Shown here: piece after piece, positions 20,843-31,109 of the stretch
How positions within the stretch are numbered: the stretch's first letter is position 1
Layout: each line of letters opens with the position of its first letter
DNA from: Nitrosopumilus sp.
GTDB lineage: Archaea > Thermoproteota > Nitrososphaeria > Nitrososphaerales > Nitrosopumilaceae
Assembly: GCA_965249555.1 (NCBI GenBank)
Contig: OZ252243.1
Location: 2,016,001 to 2,080,000 of the forward strand
Direction: 5' to 3'
DNA length: 64,000 nt
Notes under the pieces: generated by a model
The model's input: the letters and a program-made list of their open reading frames with translations, nothing else
Database searches by the model: none
What the model was told of the DNA's origin: nothing
Translations under genes and position numbers: made by a program

Positions 20843-22051
20843 CTAAGTTAGTAAAGTGAATTGAATGTTTTTCTTTTTTAGTGCCTCAATTAACATATCT
20901 GCTTGTTCTTTTCCCTGAGTCTCAAGACTCAATGTTACTCCAGCTGAGCCAGCATTTATGTTGGAACTTAGTCTATCATGAACTACCTCTACAATGTTTG
21001 CATTTGCCAGTGTTATTTCATCAACAATTTCTTTGAATGCACCTGGTCTGTCAGGCAACAGTATGGATAGTTTTAGTAAACGACCCATTGCAGCAAGACC
21101 TTTGTCTACAATCTGACCTAAAAGATACATATCCACATTTCCTCCTGCTAGAATCGCAACTATTTTTTTACCAGTAGTAGGTTTCTTTGAAATCAAGTAT
21201 GCCAAACTTGCTGCACCAGCAGGTTCCACAACAAACTTCATTCTTTCCATTAGCAAGAACATTGCTTTTGTGATTTCTACATCATCAACAAGAACAATTT
21301 CATCTATGAGTTCATTAATGATATTAAATGTCAATTGTCCTGGGGTTTTTACAGAAATACCATCTGCAATTGTTCTTTTACCTCCACTTGTAGTCAAAGA
21401 ACCTTGTTTTACAGATTCATACATTGATGGAAATGATTTTGACTGAACACCTACCACTTTGATGTTGGGATTTTTTTCTTTAATTGCGATTAAAGTTCCA
21501 GCAGCTAATCCACCACCGCCTATTGGAAGATAAATTTCATCTACATCTGGCAAGTCATCTAATATCTCTAATCCTATAACTCCTTGAGCTGCAATAATTT
21601 GAGGATCATCAAAAGCATGTATCATAGTAGCTCCTGTTTCTTTAGCAATTTCTTTTGCTTTGGCAAATGATTCATCATAATTTACCCCTTCTAAGATAAC
21701 ATTTGCACCATAACCTCTAGTTGCTGCTACTTTTGCAGGAGATGCATTTTTTGGCATTACAATAGTACAAGAGATTTTTTCTAATGACGATGCAAACGCC
21801 ATTCCTTGAGCATGGTTACCTGCAGATGCTGCAACTACACCATGTTTTTTTTCTTCATCAGATAATGATTTGATTTTGTAATAAGCGCCACGAATTTTAA
21901 ATGAACCAGTTCTTTGTCGAAACTCTGCTTTCAGATAAACCTCAGAATTAGTGATCTCACTAAATACATGTGAATAAATTAACGGGGTTTTTTTTATGTC
22001 ATCTCCTCGCATTGAATGTGCCTTTAGTATTTCATCGTATGATGGGTTCAT
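20843..22051 (-). CDS. ilvA: threonine ammonia-lyase with ACT domain
   Basis: TGSFKIRGA, ASAGNHAQG, GGGGL and C-terminal LPDRPG motifs. Confidence 0.93.
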   Translation of the reverse strand: MNPSYDEILKAHSMRGDDIKKTPLIYSHVFSEITNSEVYLKAEFRQRTGSFKIRGAYYKIKSLSDEEKKHGVVAASAGNHAQGMAFASSLEKISCTIVMPKNASPAKVAATRGYGANVILEGVNYDESFAKAKEIAKETGATMIHAFDDPQIIAAQGVIGLEILDDLPDVDEIYLPIGGGGLAAGTLIAIKEKNPNIKVVGVQSKSFPSMYESVKQGSLTTSGGKRTIADGISVKTPGQLTFNIINELIDEIVLVDDVEITKAMFLLMERMKFVVEPAGAASLAYLISKKPTTGKKIVAILAGGNVDMYLLGQIVDKGLAAMGRLLKLSILLPDRPGAFKEIVDEITLANANIVEVVHDRLSSNINAGSAGVTLSLETQGKEQADMLIEALKKKNIQFTLLT

Positions 22052-22233
22052 TGGAAATGTTGCTAGTAACGATGTATTTGACTTCTTCTATACAAAAATT
22101 GTATCCATGATCAAATTTTATGCCTAAATTTGTAGGAATGCCTAAATAGATCAATAATATCGTTCAAATTATATCAGGGAATCGGATCTCCCCTTTGAGA
22201 AAATTTCTCATTTTCCGGTTCCTTGGTTTTAAT

Positions 22234-22986
22234 TTATGAGTTAATGATTTTTTCAAATTCATTTAAGCGTTTTAAAATATTTTCTTTAACTGAATCAGAT
22301 ATTTTTCTTGAATCAAATAATCCTTCTCTGTTTTTATTTTTAACAAATTCTAAATCTATTGTACACAAACAACCTTCCTCACCAGTAATTAGTCTATTGT
22401 CATCAATGAGTACAGAAGTTGTTTGATAAGTTTCAATTAAAAGAGAATCAAGTTCATTAAATAATTTTGTCTTTTTTTCTGATAGTTCTTGAAAGTCAAC
22501 CCCTGCATCTTTTTCAATCTCGGCATAAACTTTTTCTCGAAATTCATCATTCTCATAAAATATTTCAAATAATTTTTGATGATCAAAATCTTTGTATCCC
22601 ATTTCTTTTAATTTATTTAAAACAAATTGATCACTATTATCAGAAATTTCTTGTTCATTGTTTTTTGTTAAATCAACAATCTCAGATAATTCTTTTTGAC
22701 ATTCAAGCACACGTTGAGCTGGTTTATAATACAATAACACATGTAATTGCAATGATATATGCCCTGAAATTAAATAATTTCCTTCCATTATCTCAAATTT
22801 TGTAAAAATTCTTCTAAGATCTTCATTATTAGTTACTGATACTTCTTGCAGAGACCAATCTTTAAGATTAAGATTAATTTTTTGAAAATAATCAATTACT
22901 CTTTTTGGATCAAATGTTTTTTGCTCAGTTATGGTAGAATCACCCATCATGACTTTGACATCAACCATTTTTGTCAGATCAGTCAT
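22234..22986 (-). CDS. hypothetical protein
   Basis: Long acidic ORF; ATG start inferred. Confidence 0.75.
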   Translation of the reverse strand: MTDLTKMVDVKVMMGDSTITEQKTFDPKRVIDYFQKINLNLKDWSLQEVSVTNNEDLRRIFTKFEIMEGNYLISGHISLQLHVLLYYKPAQRVLECQKELSEIVDLTKNNEQEISDNSDQFVLNKLKEMGYKDFDHQKLFEIFYENDEFREKVYAEIEKDAGVDFQELSEKKTKLFNELDSLLIETYQTTSVLIDDNRLITGEEGCLCTIDLEFVKNKNREGLFDSRKISDSVKENILKRLNEFEKIINS

Positions 22987-23144
22987 CTTCGTAAGAAATA
23001 GATTTTGAATTACTTCGTTTTTTTGATTTAATTGCTGAATGAATTCATTGGGGGATCTTGAACCTAAGCGCACAAGAAATAGCAAATTATTGGTCTCCTT
23101 AAACCTTCATCAATCTCTAAATAGACAAAATCATAATTTTAGGC

Positions 23145-23267
23145 ATGACAGATTCAAAAACTACCTGTATTAACTGCGGTGTAGAGATTACAGAGTATTA
23201 TCATGAGGGGTATAAGGGGAACAGAGGAAAATGTCCTAGTTGTGGGGTGGATTTTCCTTTAGAATAG
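23145..23267 (+). CDS. small zinc-ribbon protein (40 aa)
   Basis: Manual translation MTDSKTTCINCGVEITEYYHEGYKGNRGKCPSCGVDFPLE. Confidence 0.7.
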   Translation: MTDSKTTCINCGVEITEYYHEGYKGNRGKCPSCGVDFPLE

Positions 23268-23278
23268 GAGAATAAGAT

Positions 23279-24079
23279 ATGACCGAAGATAAAAACGAAA
23301 TGAAAAAAGAATCTGAGGAATCTAAACATAAAGATACGATTCTCAACAAAAATAAAGAAAAAATTCTAGATTCTGAAACCATGATCTTGGAAACTCAAAA
23401 AAGAGTTTGGGGTGCTCTCAAAAAAGGTTATGAATATTCAGGAGTAGTTGATGAATCGGATCAATTTCTACGAAAAAATGTATTTTCGAAATTAGACATG
23501 GTGGTACTTTATGTTGATTTGGTAGGTTCAACTACAATGACGTTAGAAATGCCTGCAGAAAAAATAGCAACGATTGTAAGTTCATTTTCACAAGAGATGG
23601 CAGCAGTAATTAGACAGCATCATGGGTATGTACTAAAATTTGTGGGAGATGCTGTAATTGGATATTTTGTTTCAAAAGAAAATGGACTAGTTGTATCAGA
23701 TAATGCAGTTTTATGTGCAAAATCAATGATTTCAGTAATTCAGAAAGGAATCAACCCAATTCTAAATCAGTATGATTATCCAGATTTGATGGTAAAGATT
23801 GGTGTTGACTTTGGACAAAATATTGTAGTTAGATATGGTGCAGATGTAAAACATTCTCATGTGGATTTAATGGGTCCTGCAATGAATATTGCTGCAAAAA
23901 TCCAAAATATAGCAAAACCTAACCAAATTTTGATTGGTAATGACGTGTTTCAAAAAATAAATTCAAATTCACAAAAAGAATTCCAGCAAATTATTTGGAA
24001 AGACAATGAATGGAAGTATCGCTCCAGATTAACTGGTGAGATCTACAAAGTACACGAATACAAAGGATTAGTTGTATAG
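23279..24079 (+). CDS. class III adenylate/guanylate cyclase domain protein
   Basis: LYVDLVGST, LKFVGDAV and G.AMNIAAKIQ motifs. Confidence 0.92.
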   Translation: MTEDKNEMKKESEESKHKDTILNKNKEKILDSETMILETQKRVWGALKKGYEYSGVVDESDQFLRKNVFSKLDMVVLYVDLVGSTTMTLEMPAEKIATIVSSFSQEMAAVIRQHHGYVLKFVGDAVIGYFVSKENGLVVSDNAVLCAKSMISVIQKGINPILNQYDYPDLMVKIGVDFGQNIVVRYGADVKHSHVDLMGPAMNIAAKIQNIAKPNQILIGNDVFQKINSNSQKEFQQIIWKDNEWKYRSRLTGEIYKVHEYKGLVV

Positions 24080-24330
24080 AAAGTAAATTATCATACTGTG
24101 AATCTGTCTGGACATTCAACATGCTCATAGTGATGTTCAGTGAATTTTTCCTGAACAACATAGATTACAATCTTATGAAGATCTTTTTCTTGGATATCTT
24201 TTTTACATTTAAGACATATCTTTTTTATTCCGGCCATGTGTATCAGCGATCTAAATTGCGAATCTATAAGGATCAGCGATCAGCTCAAATTGAGCTAAAA
24301 TGACTGAGATTGTACTAAACAGTATATCAA

Positions 24331-24753
24331 ATGCCTAAAGCAATGCAGAAATATAGCAAATATGGACTATTTTTAATGGATAATTTATCGATAAAACATC
24401 TACAAGACCTTTATGGATTGAACCCCAATATTCCACATATGGCATTACAATTTCCCAGATTACCACCAGGATTAACACATCCAATGTTCAAAATTTATGA
24501 AATCCCCATGAAAGAAAAATTTTCACAAGAAGTTACTACTATTAATCAAAAACTTCAAGGGTTTCAACACATGTATCAACAATATGCATCAGGATTAGTA
24601 TCTATGAATTCTACAATCATCCCACCAGGACATCCATTGTATAGTAGACAAAATTCAGTTGAAACACTTCAAGCTGAAAATGATAAACTATTAAAAGAAA
24701 ACTTGAATTTAAAGAAAAAATTGGAAAAAGAAACTACACCTAAACATCATTGA
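24331..24753 (+). CDS. hypothetical protein
   Basis: 140-aa ORF, Pro-rich with a C-terminal coiled coil. Confidence 0.65.
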   Translation: MPKAMQKYSKYGLFLMDNLSIKHLQDLYGLNPNIPHMALQFPRLPPGLTHPMFKIYEIPMKEKFSQEVTTINQKLQGFQHMYQQYASGLVSMNSTIIPPGHPLYSRQNSVETLQAENDKLLKENLNLKKKLEKETTPKHH

Positions 24754-24829
24754 AAATTATTTTTACACTCAATTTTCAACAATCACAATTAATAAAAATC
24801 CTTATTAATTTCTAAATTCAATTTCAAAT

Positions 24830-25216
24830 ATGGTAAAAACTCCCGCAGAAAAGTGGAAGGACACTATAATAAAATATAGAAAACAGTGTCAAAATATTCT
24901 AAAATTATCAAACAGTATTCGATATGCAGGAGTCATAAATGTATACGGTAGAACATTAACTGGAATCGTTAGGCCAACTCTGAAACCTCTGTTAAAATCA
25001 GAACATGTAAAAAATGAGTTTTTCATAATTTCTACTTTAATGTCATTAAGAAAAAACACAGTTAGTACAGTTGGAAGATTAGAACATGTAATTTTACAAC
25101 ATCAAAAAATAACAATTGTGGTTTTACAGAAAAATAATATTACATACTATATTTCGATAAATAGAAAAGAAAAAGGCTTGGATAAGATTATTTCTTCAAT
25201 TAAAAAAACAATCTAA
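24830..25216 (+). CDS. hypothetical protein (roadblock/profilin-like fold suspected)
   Basis: IRYAGVIN..GR pattern common in thaumarchaeal small proteins. Confidence 0.65.
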   Translation: MVKTPAEKWKDTIIKYRKQCQNILKLSNSIRYAGVINVYGRTLTGIVRPTLKPLLKSEHVKNEFFIISTLMSLRKNTVSTVGRLEHVILQHQKITIVVLQKNNITYYISINRKEKGLDKIISSIKKTI

Positions 25217-25626
25217 GCTGGTGTAAATCCTTGATACCCACCTGTTTGCTGTGCTTTATCATTAAAGATTGGTTCAAACAAGGAAATTAGATAGTCATCA
25301 GGATCTAAAATCACTGCATTTTTTCCTGCGTCTTTTTCGACAATGTCTCGATGAATCGTGATACCTTTTGCACGTAGTTCATCAACTGCAGATTTTAGAT
25401 CACCAACAAGAAATCCTATGGTGATGCCATTTTCAATAGAACTTCCAATGTGTTGTGCAGTTAATGATGCAGGATGTAAACTCAATAAAGCACCAGATGT
25501 ACCCAAATCAACCCAAGATCTTCTTTGGTTTTTGATTGGAAGACCTATGATTTCATGGTAAAATTGTATGGATTTGTCTATGTCTTTTACAGCCAGAATC
25601 ACATTTCCAACTTTTTTGATGTTCAC
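25213..25626 (-). CDS. VOC/glyoxalase family protein
   Basis: LAVKDIDKSIQFY and LDPDDYLISL motifs; GTG start inferred. Confidence 0.88.
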   Translation of the reverse strand: MNIKKVGNVILAVKDIDKSIQFYHEIIGLPIKNQRRSWVDLGTSGALLSLHPASLTAQHIGSSIENGITIGFLVGDLKSAVDELRAKGITIHRDIVEKDAGKNAVILDPDDYLISLFEPIFNDKAQQTGGYQGFTPA

Positions 25627-25660
25627 AAATCTTATACCTAGAAGTTCTTTAAATCCATTG

Positions 25661-25879
25661 TCATTGAACTTCGACCATAGTTTCAGTCCTTTCCACACCA
25701 TTAATTTTTTGAATTTGATTGGCGACGTCTTTAATCTGGATTAATTGTTCAACATCAATTATAGCAACAGCATCAAATTGTCCACTTGTTGGAAAAGAGT
25801 CAGATATAGAAGTAATCTTTCGTAGCCTTGCAGCTATAAGTTTTTTTGGAGATTTAACCAAAATTATTGCCCTTACCAT
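25661..25879 (-). CDS. Lrp/AsnC ligand-binding domain protein
   Basis: SGQFD and GVERTET motifs. Confidence 0.85.
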   Translation of the reverse strand: MVRAIILVKSPKKLIAARLRKITSISDSFPTSGQFDAVAIIDVEQLIQIKDVANQIQKINGVERTETMVEVQ

Positions 25880-26112
25880 CCTAGATTTACCTCTACTTCA
25901 ATTAGTGTTTCAGTTGTAACAATATCTTTAATTTTTTTAAAATCAATTACCATATGATTAATGTCTTCGATATTTCCTTGTAAAAGTACACTAATGTCTG
26001 CTCTTCCGGCAACAATCATTACCTGTTTTACAACTTTACGCTTTTTCTTTAAAATTCCGACAACCCCATCTACCTTACCAGGTTTAACCATAATCAAGCA
26101 TAATGCACGCAT
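25873..26112 (-). CDS. Lrp/AsnC ligand-binding domain protein
   Basis: VKPGK, AGRAD and TTET motifs. Confidence 0.85.
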   Translation of the reverse strand: MRALCLIMVKPGKVDGVVGILKKKRKVVKQVMIVAGRADISVLLQGNIEDINHMVIDFKKIKDIVTTETLIEVEVNLGW

Positions 26113-26146
26113 AAGTAGTATACGTCATCGGTTCGGATAAAGATTC

Positions 26147-26392
26147 CTAATCCGATGCGTCTTGAGATCTTGCTTCTTCAAGATAGGCTCTTCTTTCTTC
26201 ATTGACTTTTTCCTGATCAACTACAATATCATCATCAACTATGACAATCCCCATATCGCTAAATGGCGCATTTTTTATTTTTTTACTTTTTGATTTTGTT
26301 GATTTAGCTTTTGATTTGGTAGTTTTACCAGCCTTAGCTTTTGCTGTTTTTCCTTTAGTTGTGGTTTTCTTTTTAGTCTTTTTTTCAACCAT
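26147..26392 (-). CDS. Lys-rich hypothetical protein
   Basis: Basic N-terminus, acidic C-terminus. Confidence 0.7.
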   Translation of the reverse strand: MVEKKTKKKTTTKGKTAKAKAGKTTKSKAKSTKSKSKKIKNAPFSDMGIVIVDDDIVVDQEKVNEERRAYLEEARSQDASD

Positions 26393-26849
26393 TAATATCG
26401 AAAAACAAGAGTTCGCCTTGTTTTTAAAGATTATGTAGAATTATTTTGGGAGAAACTATCCAATATCGATCAATTTAATATATTATTTTCATAATTACAT
26501 AGAATCTATTGCCTAATTTAGTATGTCATTACCATTACACACTAGAGAATAAATCAACTTTTTGTTAACAATATCCATGTCCATATGCCAAAAATGTAGA
26601 GAATCACATAATGAAAAAAACAATGCAAGAGAATATCTTCTTGAAAACCGTAGAGGGAAAGTCGGTACTAAAGAATTATGTGAATTTTGTGATTAGTTAT
26701 GAAAATAGTAGCCATCTAAGTCAATAATTTACTCCAAGTTTACTTTATCATCTGTTAATTCTCTGAAATATTATTGGGAGGTGAAAAGAAATAGCACCAT
26801 TAGCAGATTATGCAAAAATTGGAGATTCAGCAAGCTTGGCAAAAATAGA

Positions 26850-27304
26850 GTATGTATCAACCTTCACGCACAAATCAATATCATTACACAAAAAGATCTA
26901 AGATCAACTAAATCATCACACAACACATGTCAGATTGTGATCATGAGAAAATCATCATACAATTACAAGAAGGGATGAAACAACAAAAACTAATCATAGA
27001 AAATCTCATAGAATCAAACAAGGAACTGCAAAAAAAGCTGTCATATTATGAGAATGCTCACTCTCCGCCATCAAAGAATTCCCTTGAATGGAGAAAGCAA
27101 AAAAGACAACACAGACAGCCAGGCAAATCAAGACGTGGTGGAATAGCAGGACACAAGGGCAAGACACAGAAATTCAGACCAACTAGCACCAAACACCACA
27201 GATCAGATGCATGTCCTAAATGCGGTAGTGAAAATATTCATCAAACCAAAACCTGCAAAAGGATAATGGTTGAGATTCCTCCACCAACACCCTACGGTAT
27301 AACT
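26850..27304 (+). mobile_element. truncated IS66-family element (left end plus N-terminal transposase 26927-27319)
   Basis: Begins GTATGTATCAACCTTCACGCACAAATCAA, as at 56451; NAHSPPS and CPKCG shared with 56528-57898. Confidence 0.9.
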
Positions 27305-27513
27305 CCATTGAGCGTCTGATATTTCTTTGTGAATCATAAAGACATGTCTGGGTTGTTATTGTTGGATCCATATTATCATCAAATATTCACAAAATGATCA
27401 GTTTTAGGACGTGTTGATAATATCTGTCCAGTTTACCAAGTATTATGATTACTAACCTTTTGGAAGTGGACTGAAATATTCTCTAAAATAGATTATTATT
27501 GAATGTTTTATTT

Positions 27514-28017
27514 TTAATGTTGTTTTATATCAATAAACATACTATCATACTCATCATTATCATGATGCACATAAGTAAATCCTTGTTTTTTATAAAAATC
27601 AATAACATCTTCTTCGGGATTTAACATTACCAATCTACATCCTACCGTTTCTGAATACTCTATTGCTTTACTAATTGCCCAAGAAACCATATGACTTCCA
27701 ACTCCTTTTCCTTCATAATCATGATGAGTTGCCAAATAACCAATTAATAATGCAGGAATATTGCCAAATCCATCTATTTGCAAATCTTCATGTTCATCTT
27801 TTTTCATGTGAGCCATTGCGATTGTGATGAAACCAATAATTTTTCCTTCATAAACAAAAACCCATGTTTGACCTATCTGTTCGATTTGATCATTACTAGC
27901 ATGAACTTTTAGATATTCAGTAAATTTTTCTTTTGAACATTTAAAGTCACTGATACCACTTAGATCAAGTTTTAATTTTCTATATCCAACTTTATTAAAT
28001 TGGATATCAAAAGTCAT
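27514..28017 (-). CDS. GNAT acetyltransferase, TacT/AtaT-like toxin candidate
   Basis: F.C, IPALLIGYLA...YEGKGVG and FYKKQGF motifs. Confidence 0.85.
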   Translation of the reverse strand: MTFDIQFNKVGYRKLKLDLSGISDFKCSKEKFTEYLKVHASNDQIEQIGQTWVFVYEGKIIGFITIAMAHMKKDEHEDLQIDGFGNIPALLIGYLATHHDYEGKGVGSHMVSWAISKAIEYSETVGCRLVMLNPEEDVIDFYKKQGFTYVHHDNDEYDSMFIDIKQH

Positions 28018-28031
28018 TTTAAAAAAACGCG

Positions 28032-28175
28032 TTATTTTATTTCTTGTAACATTTTTGCACGTTCAAGAGCTTTCACTACATATTCCTTCTGTTCGGGAGT
28101 AGGTCCAGATTTAAGGGCAGATGTAACTTGTAACCATTGTTTTGCATTTAATGGTTTTACTTCTCTAAGAGCCAT
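28032..28175 (-). CDS. putative small antitoxin (47 aa)
   Basis: Manual translation MALREVKPLNAKQWLQVTSALKSGPTPEQKEYVVKALERAKMLQEIK, ending 14 nt upstream of the GNAT start. Confidence 0.6.
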   Translation of the reverse strand: MALREVKPLNAKQWLQVTSALKSGPTPEQKEYVVKALERAKMLQEIK

Positions 28176-28255
28176 AATATAACAGATGTATACTTTTATT
28201 TATTTCGTACTGTAATGTGCCGTACTTGATTTTACCGTACTTACCAACAGTACTA

Positions 28256-28660
28256 TCATTCCTCAATATTAGGCACGTTATGCAATGGTATTTCTTTGAT
28301 TATTGTATCTGTAATAATGTTGACTTCTTGTTCTAGATCAATCTTAGCATGGAATAATTCATCTAATGATTTTCGCCTTTGCTTCCAATTTTTATTATGA
28401 GAGTTTATTTCTGATTTTAACAAATTATCTAATTTTGAATAACAGTTAGATATTGTACTAAGTTTTAATGCAAATTGATGACCTGTGATAAATTCGTATA
28501 ATTCAGCTTCTTTAGTATCTCTGCTTTGTTCTGAAGTTGTTTTAGTATGAATTTCGATTAGATTCCTTCGTACAAGTTTTACTATCTCAATTACTATTTG
28601 TGGATGAATTAACATAATTCCATCACTCATGCCAAAAATGGTATATATCAAGCACTTAGA
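28256..28660 (-). pseudogene. C-terminal fragment of a DUF2130-like protein
   Basis: LYEFITG.QF and H.K.WK.R patterns; 5' part replaced by an IS. Confidence 0.55.
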
Positions 28661-29795
28661 TGAGACATGGGCATAATCCATTCTAATTTTTAACCGATTT
28701 CTCAAATTATTCAAATAGAAAAAGCAAAGGATCTCATCATGTTTTGTTCATTGGAATGATTACAAAACAAATAAAAATCCCTAGCAAGATTCTATGTGAG
28801 TCATTTCTTATTAGTATTTTGTATCTGGTTGGAACACTATATCTGTATGAGAATGCAGTGAGACGGGGACGGCCATATGTCTATTCAACTGTTCTGATGG
28901 TTCAGTTATTCATCGTAAAGTCATGGATGAGAATTCCAAGTAACAACACACTGCATTATTTTCTCTCAATCAAATGTACCAATGACAAATTACTCAAGGT
29001 TTGCAGATTAAATCCCTGACAGAAGGACAATTGACAGAAGATTTCAATGCTTGCCAATCAATGAAATTATTAGCACTGTAGGAGGTTTGTTTGTCTCAGA
29101 AGGATTGCTGAATAGTGAATCAGTTGATAGTTCAATGCTAAAAGCTTCAGGTCCAGTATGGCACAAATCAGACATCAAAAAGAATCACCTACCAATTGCA
29201 GGAATTGACACAAATGCCAAGTGGGGATTCTCCAAATCAAAGGGTTGGGTGTATGGATACAAACTACACATGAGGTATAGTACGGGAAGACTAGTTGTTC
29301 CATTATCTGCCATGTGTAACTACTGCAAATGTCCATGATAGCAAGCCATATGAGAAATTGATTGGGTCACTTTCTGGATTGATGAATAGTATATGGTGTG
29401 ATCCGGCATATGATGATTCCAAACCATACTAGTCAGCTAAGAATAATGCCATGAGACTGATCTGTCCAGTCAAAAAATACTATTCTACGCCCACCAGACA
29501 GAATAAAGTTGACAGAGTTTTACAATTCAGCAGTTGGTCGGAAATTATATTCTCAGAGAAAAATATCAATTGAACCACTCTTTGAAATAATCAAGGATAC
29601 GTTTAACATTAGAACAGTTCCGGTGAAAGGATTTGAGAATATATAATCATTCGTGCTGATTTGCGTGCTGGTGTATCAGTTGGCAGTGTATTATAATTGT
29701 GTAATTGGAAGTGGGAATCCAAGGATTGTGAAAAGAATGCTTTGTTGTTAGAGAAAAGTCTTGGTTTTTTTGTAAATCATTATGCCCAAGTCTCA
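28661..29795 (+). mobile_element. degenerate DDE_Tnp_1-type IS (IS4/IS5/IS982-like) with 17-bp terminal IRs
   Basis: TGAGAC(A/T)TGGGCATAAT IRs at 28661-77 and 29779-95; fragmented transposase (RRGRP, VDSS, GWVYGYKLH, IEPLFE). Confidence 0.85.
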
Positions 29796-29865
29796 GTTAA
29801 TTATAACATTCTGTCTTTTGTAATCAATCTTATGTAACTTGATTCATAATTATTATGCATAAATC

Positions 29866-30219
29866 ATGAAGATTAGCCAGATATTAATGGAGACAACCAC
29901 TCCACAAATAACTAGACATTTAATTAAATTTAGAGATGACACACATGAAGTAATTGGAAAGTCTGCTCTTGGTGTATTAGCTTGTGAGAGTGATGATCCC
30001 TCTGTTTATTTGAGTATAGAAAGATTGTTTGTAAGTCATTCTCAAATATTGGCATCACATGGAATTAAAGACGAAAAAGTATATCCATATCTTACTGGAA
30101 ATGATTTTTCTTGGGATTATAATTCAGAGTTATTCCTCATTTTAAAAAGACTCAATGACTCATATAATTCCACATTCAAGGAAATCGGAGAATTTTTAGA
30201 TGTTACATTTGATTTATGA
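29866..30219 (+). CDS. hypothetical protein
   Basis: 117-aa ORF. Confidence 0.65.
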   Translation: MKISQILMETTTPQITRHLIKFRDDTHEVIGKSALGVLACESDDPSVYLSIERLFVSHSQILASHGIKDEKVYPYLTGNDFSWDYNSELFLILKRLNDSYNSTFKEIGEFLDVTFDL

Positions 30220-30243
30220 AAACAAGCCTGTAGGTTGTGAGGT

Positions 30244-30432
30244 TTGAACTTCAACTGTGCCTTTCCATCTTGTAATTACAAACGTAATGACATTGAAGAA
30301 GAAGAATTCCTAACACATTTGAAAGAAGATCATCATAATGAGATGCTAGAGATGTCAAAACAAGAAAATATACCTATTAAAATGGCAGAGATGATAACAG
30401 TATCAAACTCAAAGGTGTTCATCAATTCTTAG
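30244..30432 (+). CDS. small C2H2-like zinc-binding protein
   Basis: C....C...H....H pattern. Confidence 0.7.
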   Translation: MNFNCAFPSCNYKRNDIEEEEFLTHLKEDHHNEMLEMSKQENIPIKMAEMITVSNSKVFINS

Positions 30433-30448
30433 AGTTAGTTGGTTTGAA

Positions 30449-30586
30449 ATGACAAAGAAAAAAGCAAAGAGAAAATCAGGGAGATTACAAAAAGGAGAGA
30501 AGTCAGGTAGGGCAAAACAACGAGTTGAGAAATACAAGCGAAAACAACAATTAAAGAAAAAGAGAAAGAAACCTAAAAAGTATTAG
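30449..30586 (+). CDS. very basic small protein (45 aa)
   Basis: Manual translation MTKKKAKRKSGRLQKGEKSGRAKQRVEKYKRKQQLKKKRKKPKKY. Confidence 0.55.
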   Translation: MTKKKAKRKSGRLQKGEKSGRAKQRVEKYKRKQQLKKKRKKPKKY

Positions 30587-30677
30587 AAAAGTGCATTATT
30601 TAGTCGTAAAAAATACTCAATGTTATTTTTTTATTTATCAATTATTATTTATTTATTAGAAAAACAATATACAATTT

Positions 30678-31064
30678 GTGAATCAGTATACTGTAATTGT
30701 TGCTGCAGGAATTGGTGCAATTGTATTGGTGGTGGTAGTTTTTGGTGCAGACATTGTAAAATTATCCGTTCCTACCCAAGAATATAGTATCTTTGTCGAC
30801 CCAATTTTGGATAAACAAAGTCTGTTTGTAATGGGGAGAGTAACAATCCAAAATACTGGCTCTCAATCATTGACAAATATTCATGTGAATTTTGGAGCCG
30901 GAGATACTCTAGATCTTAAAACTCTCAAAGCAGGACAAAAAATCATACTTTCTCCACCACCTGATAATCCCATGAAATTTGTTATGATTAGTGCTGATAA
31001 TGACATCTTTGTGAATAAAGCATATCGTGAGATGCCAAAGATGGTAGGTATGATGGGTTCATGA
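30678..31064 (+). CDS. membrane-anchored hypothetical protein
   Basis: N-terminal TM helix followed by a beta-rich domain (IQNTG). Confidence 0.75.
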   Translation: MNQYTVIVAAGIGAIVLVVVVFGADIVKLSVPTQEYSIFVDPILDKQSLFVMGRVTIQNTGSQSLTNIHVNFGAGDTLDLKTLKAGQKIILSPPPDNPMKFVMISADNDIFVNKAYREMPKMVGMMGS

Positions 31065-31109
31065 CCTTTTCACTATCAGTTAAATCCCATCACAATCAAG
31101 TGTGATTGC

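Noticed and set aside
27305-27440. Possible IS5-family N-terminal fragment (minus strand MIHKEISDAQW)
   Set aside because: Only about 11 codons and no verified ends; too little to call.
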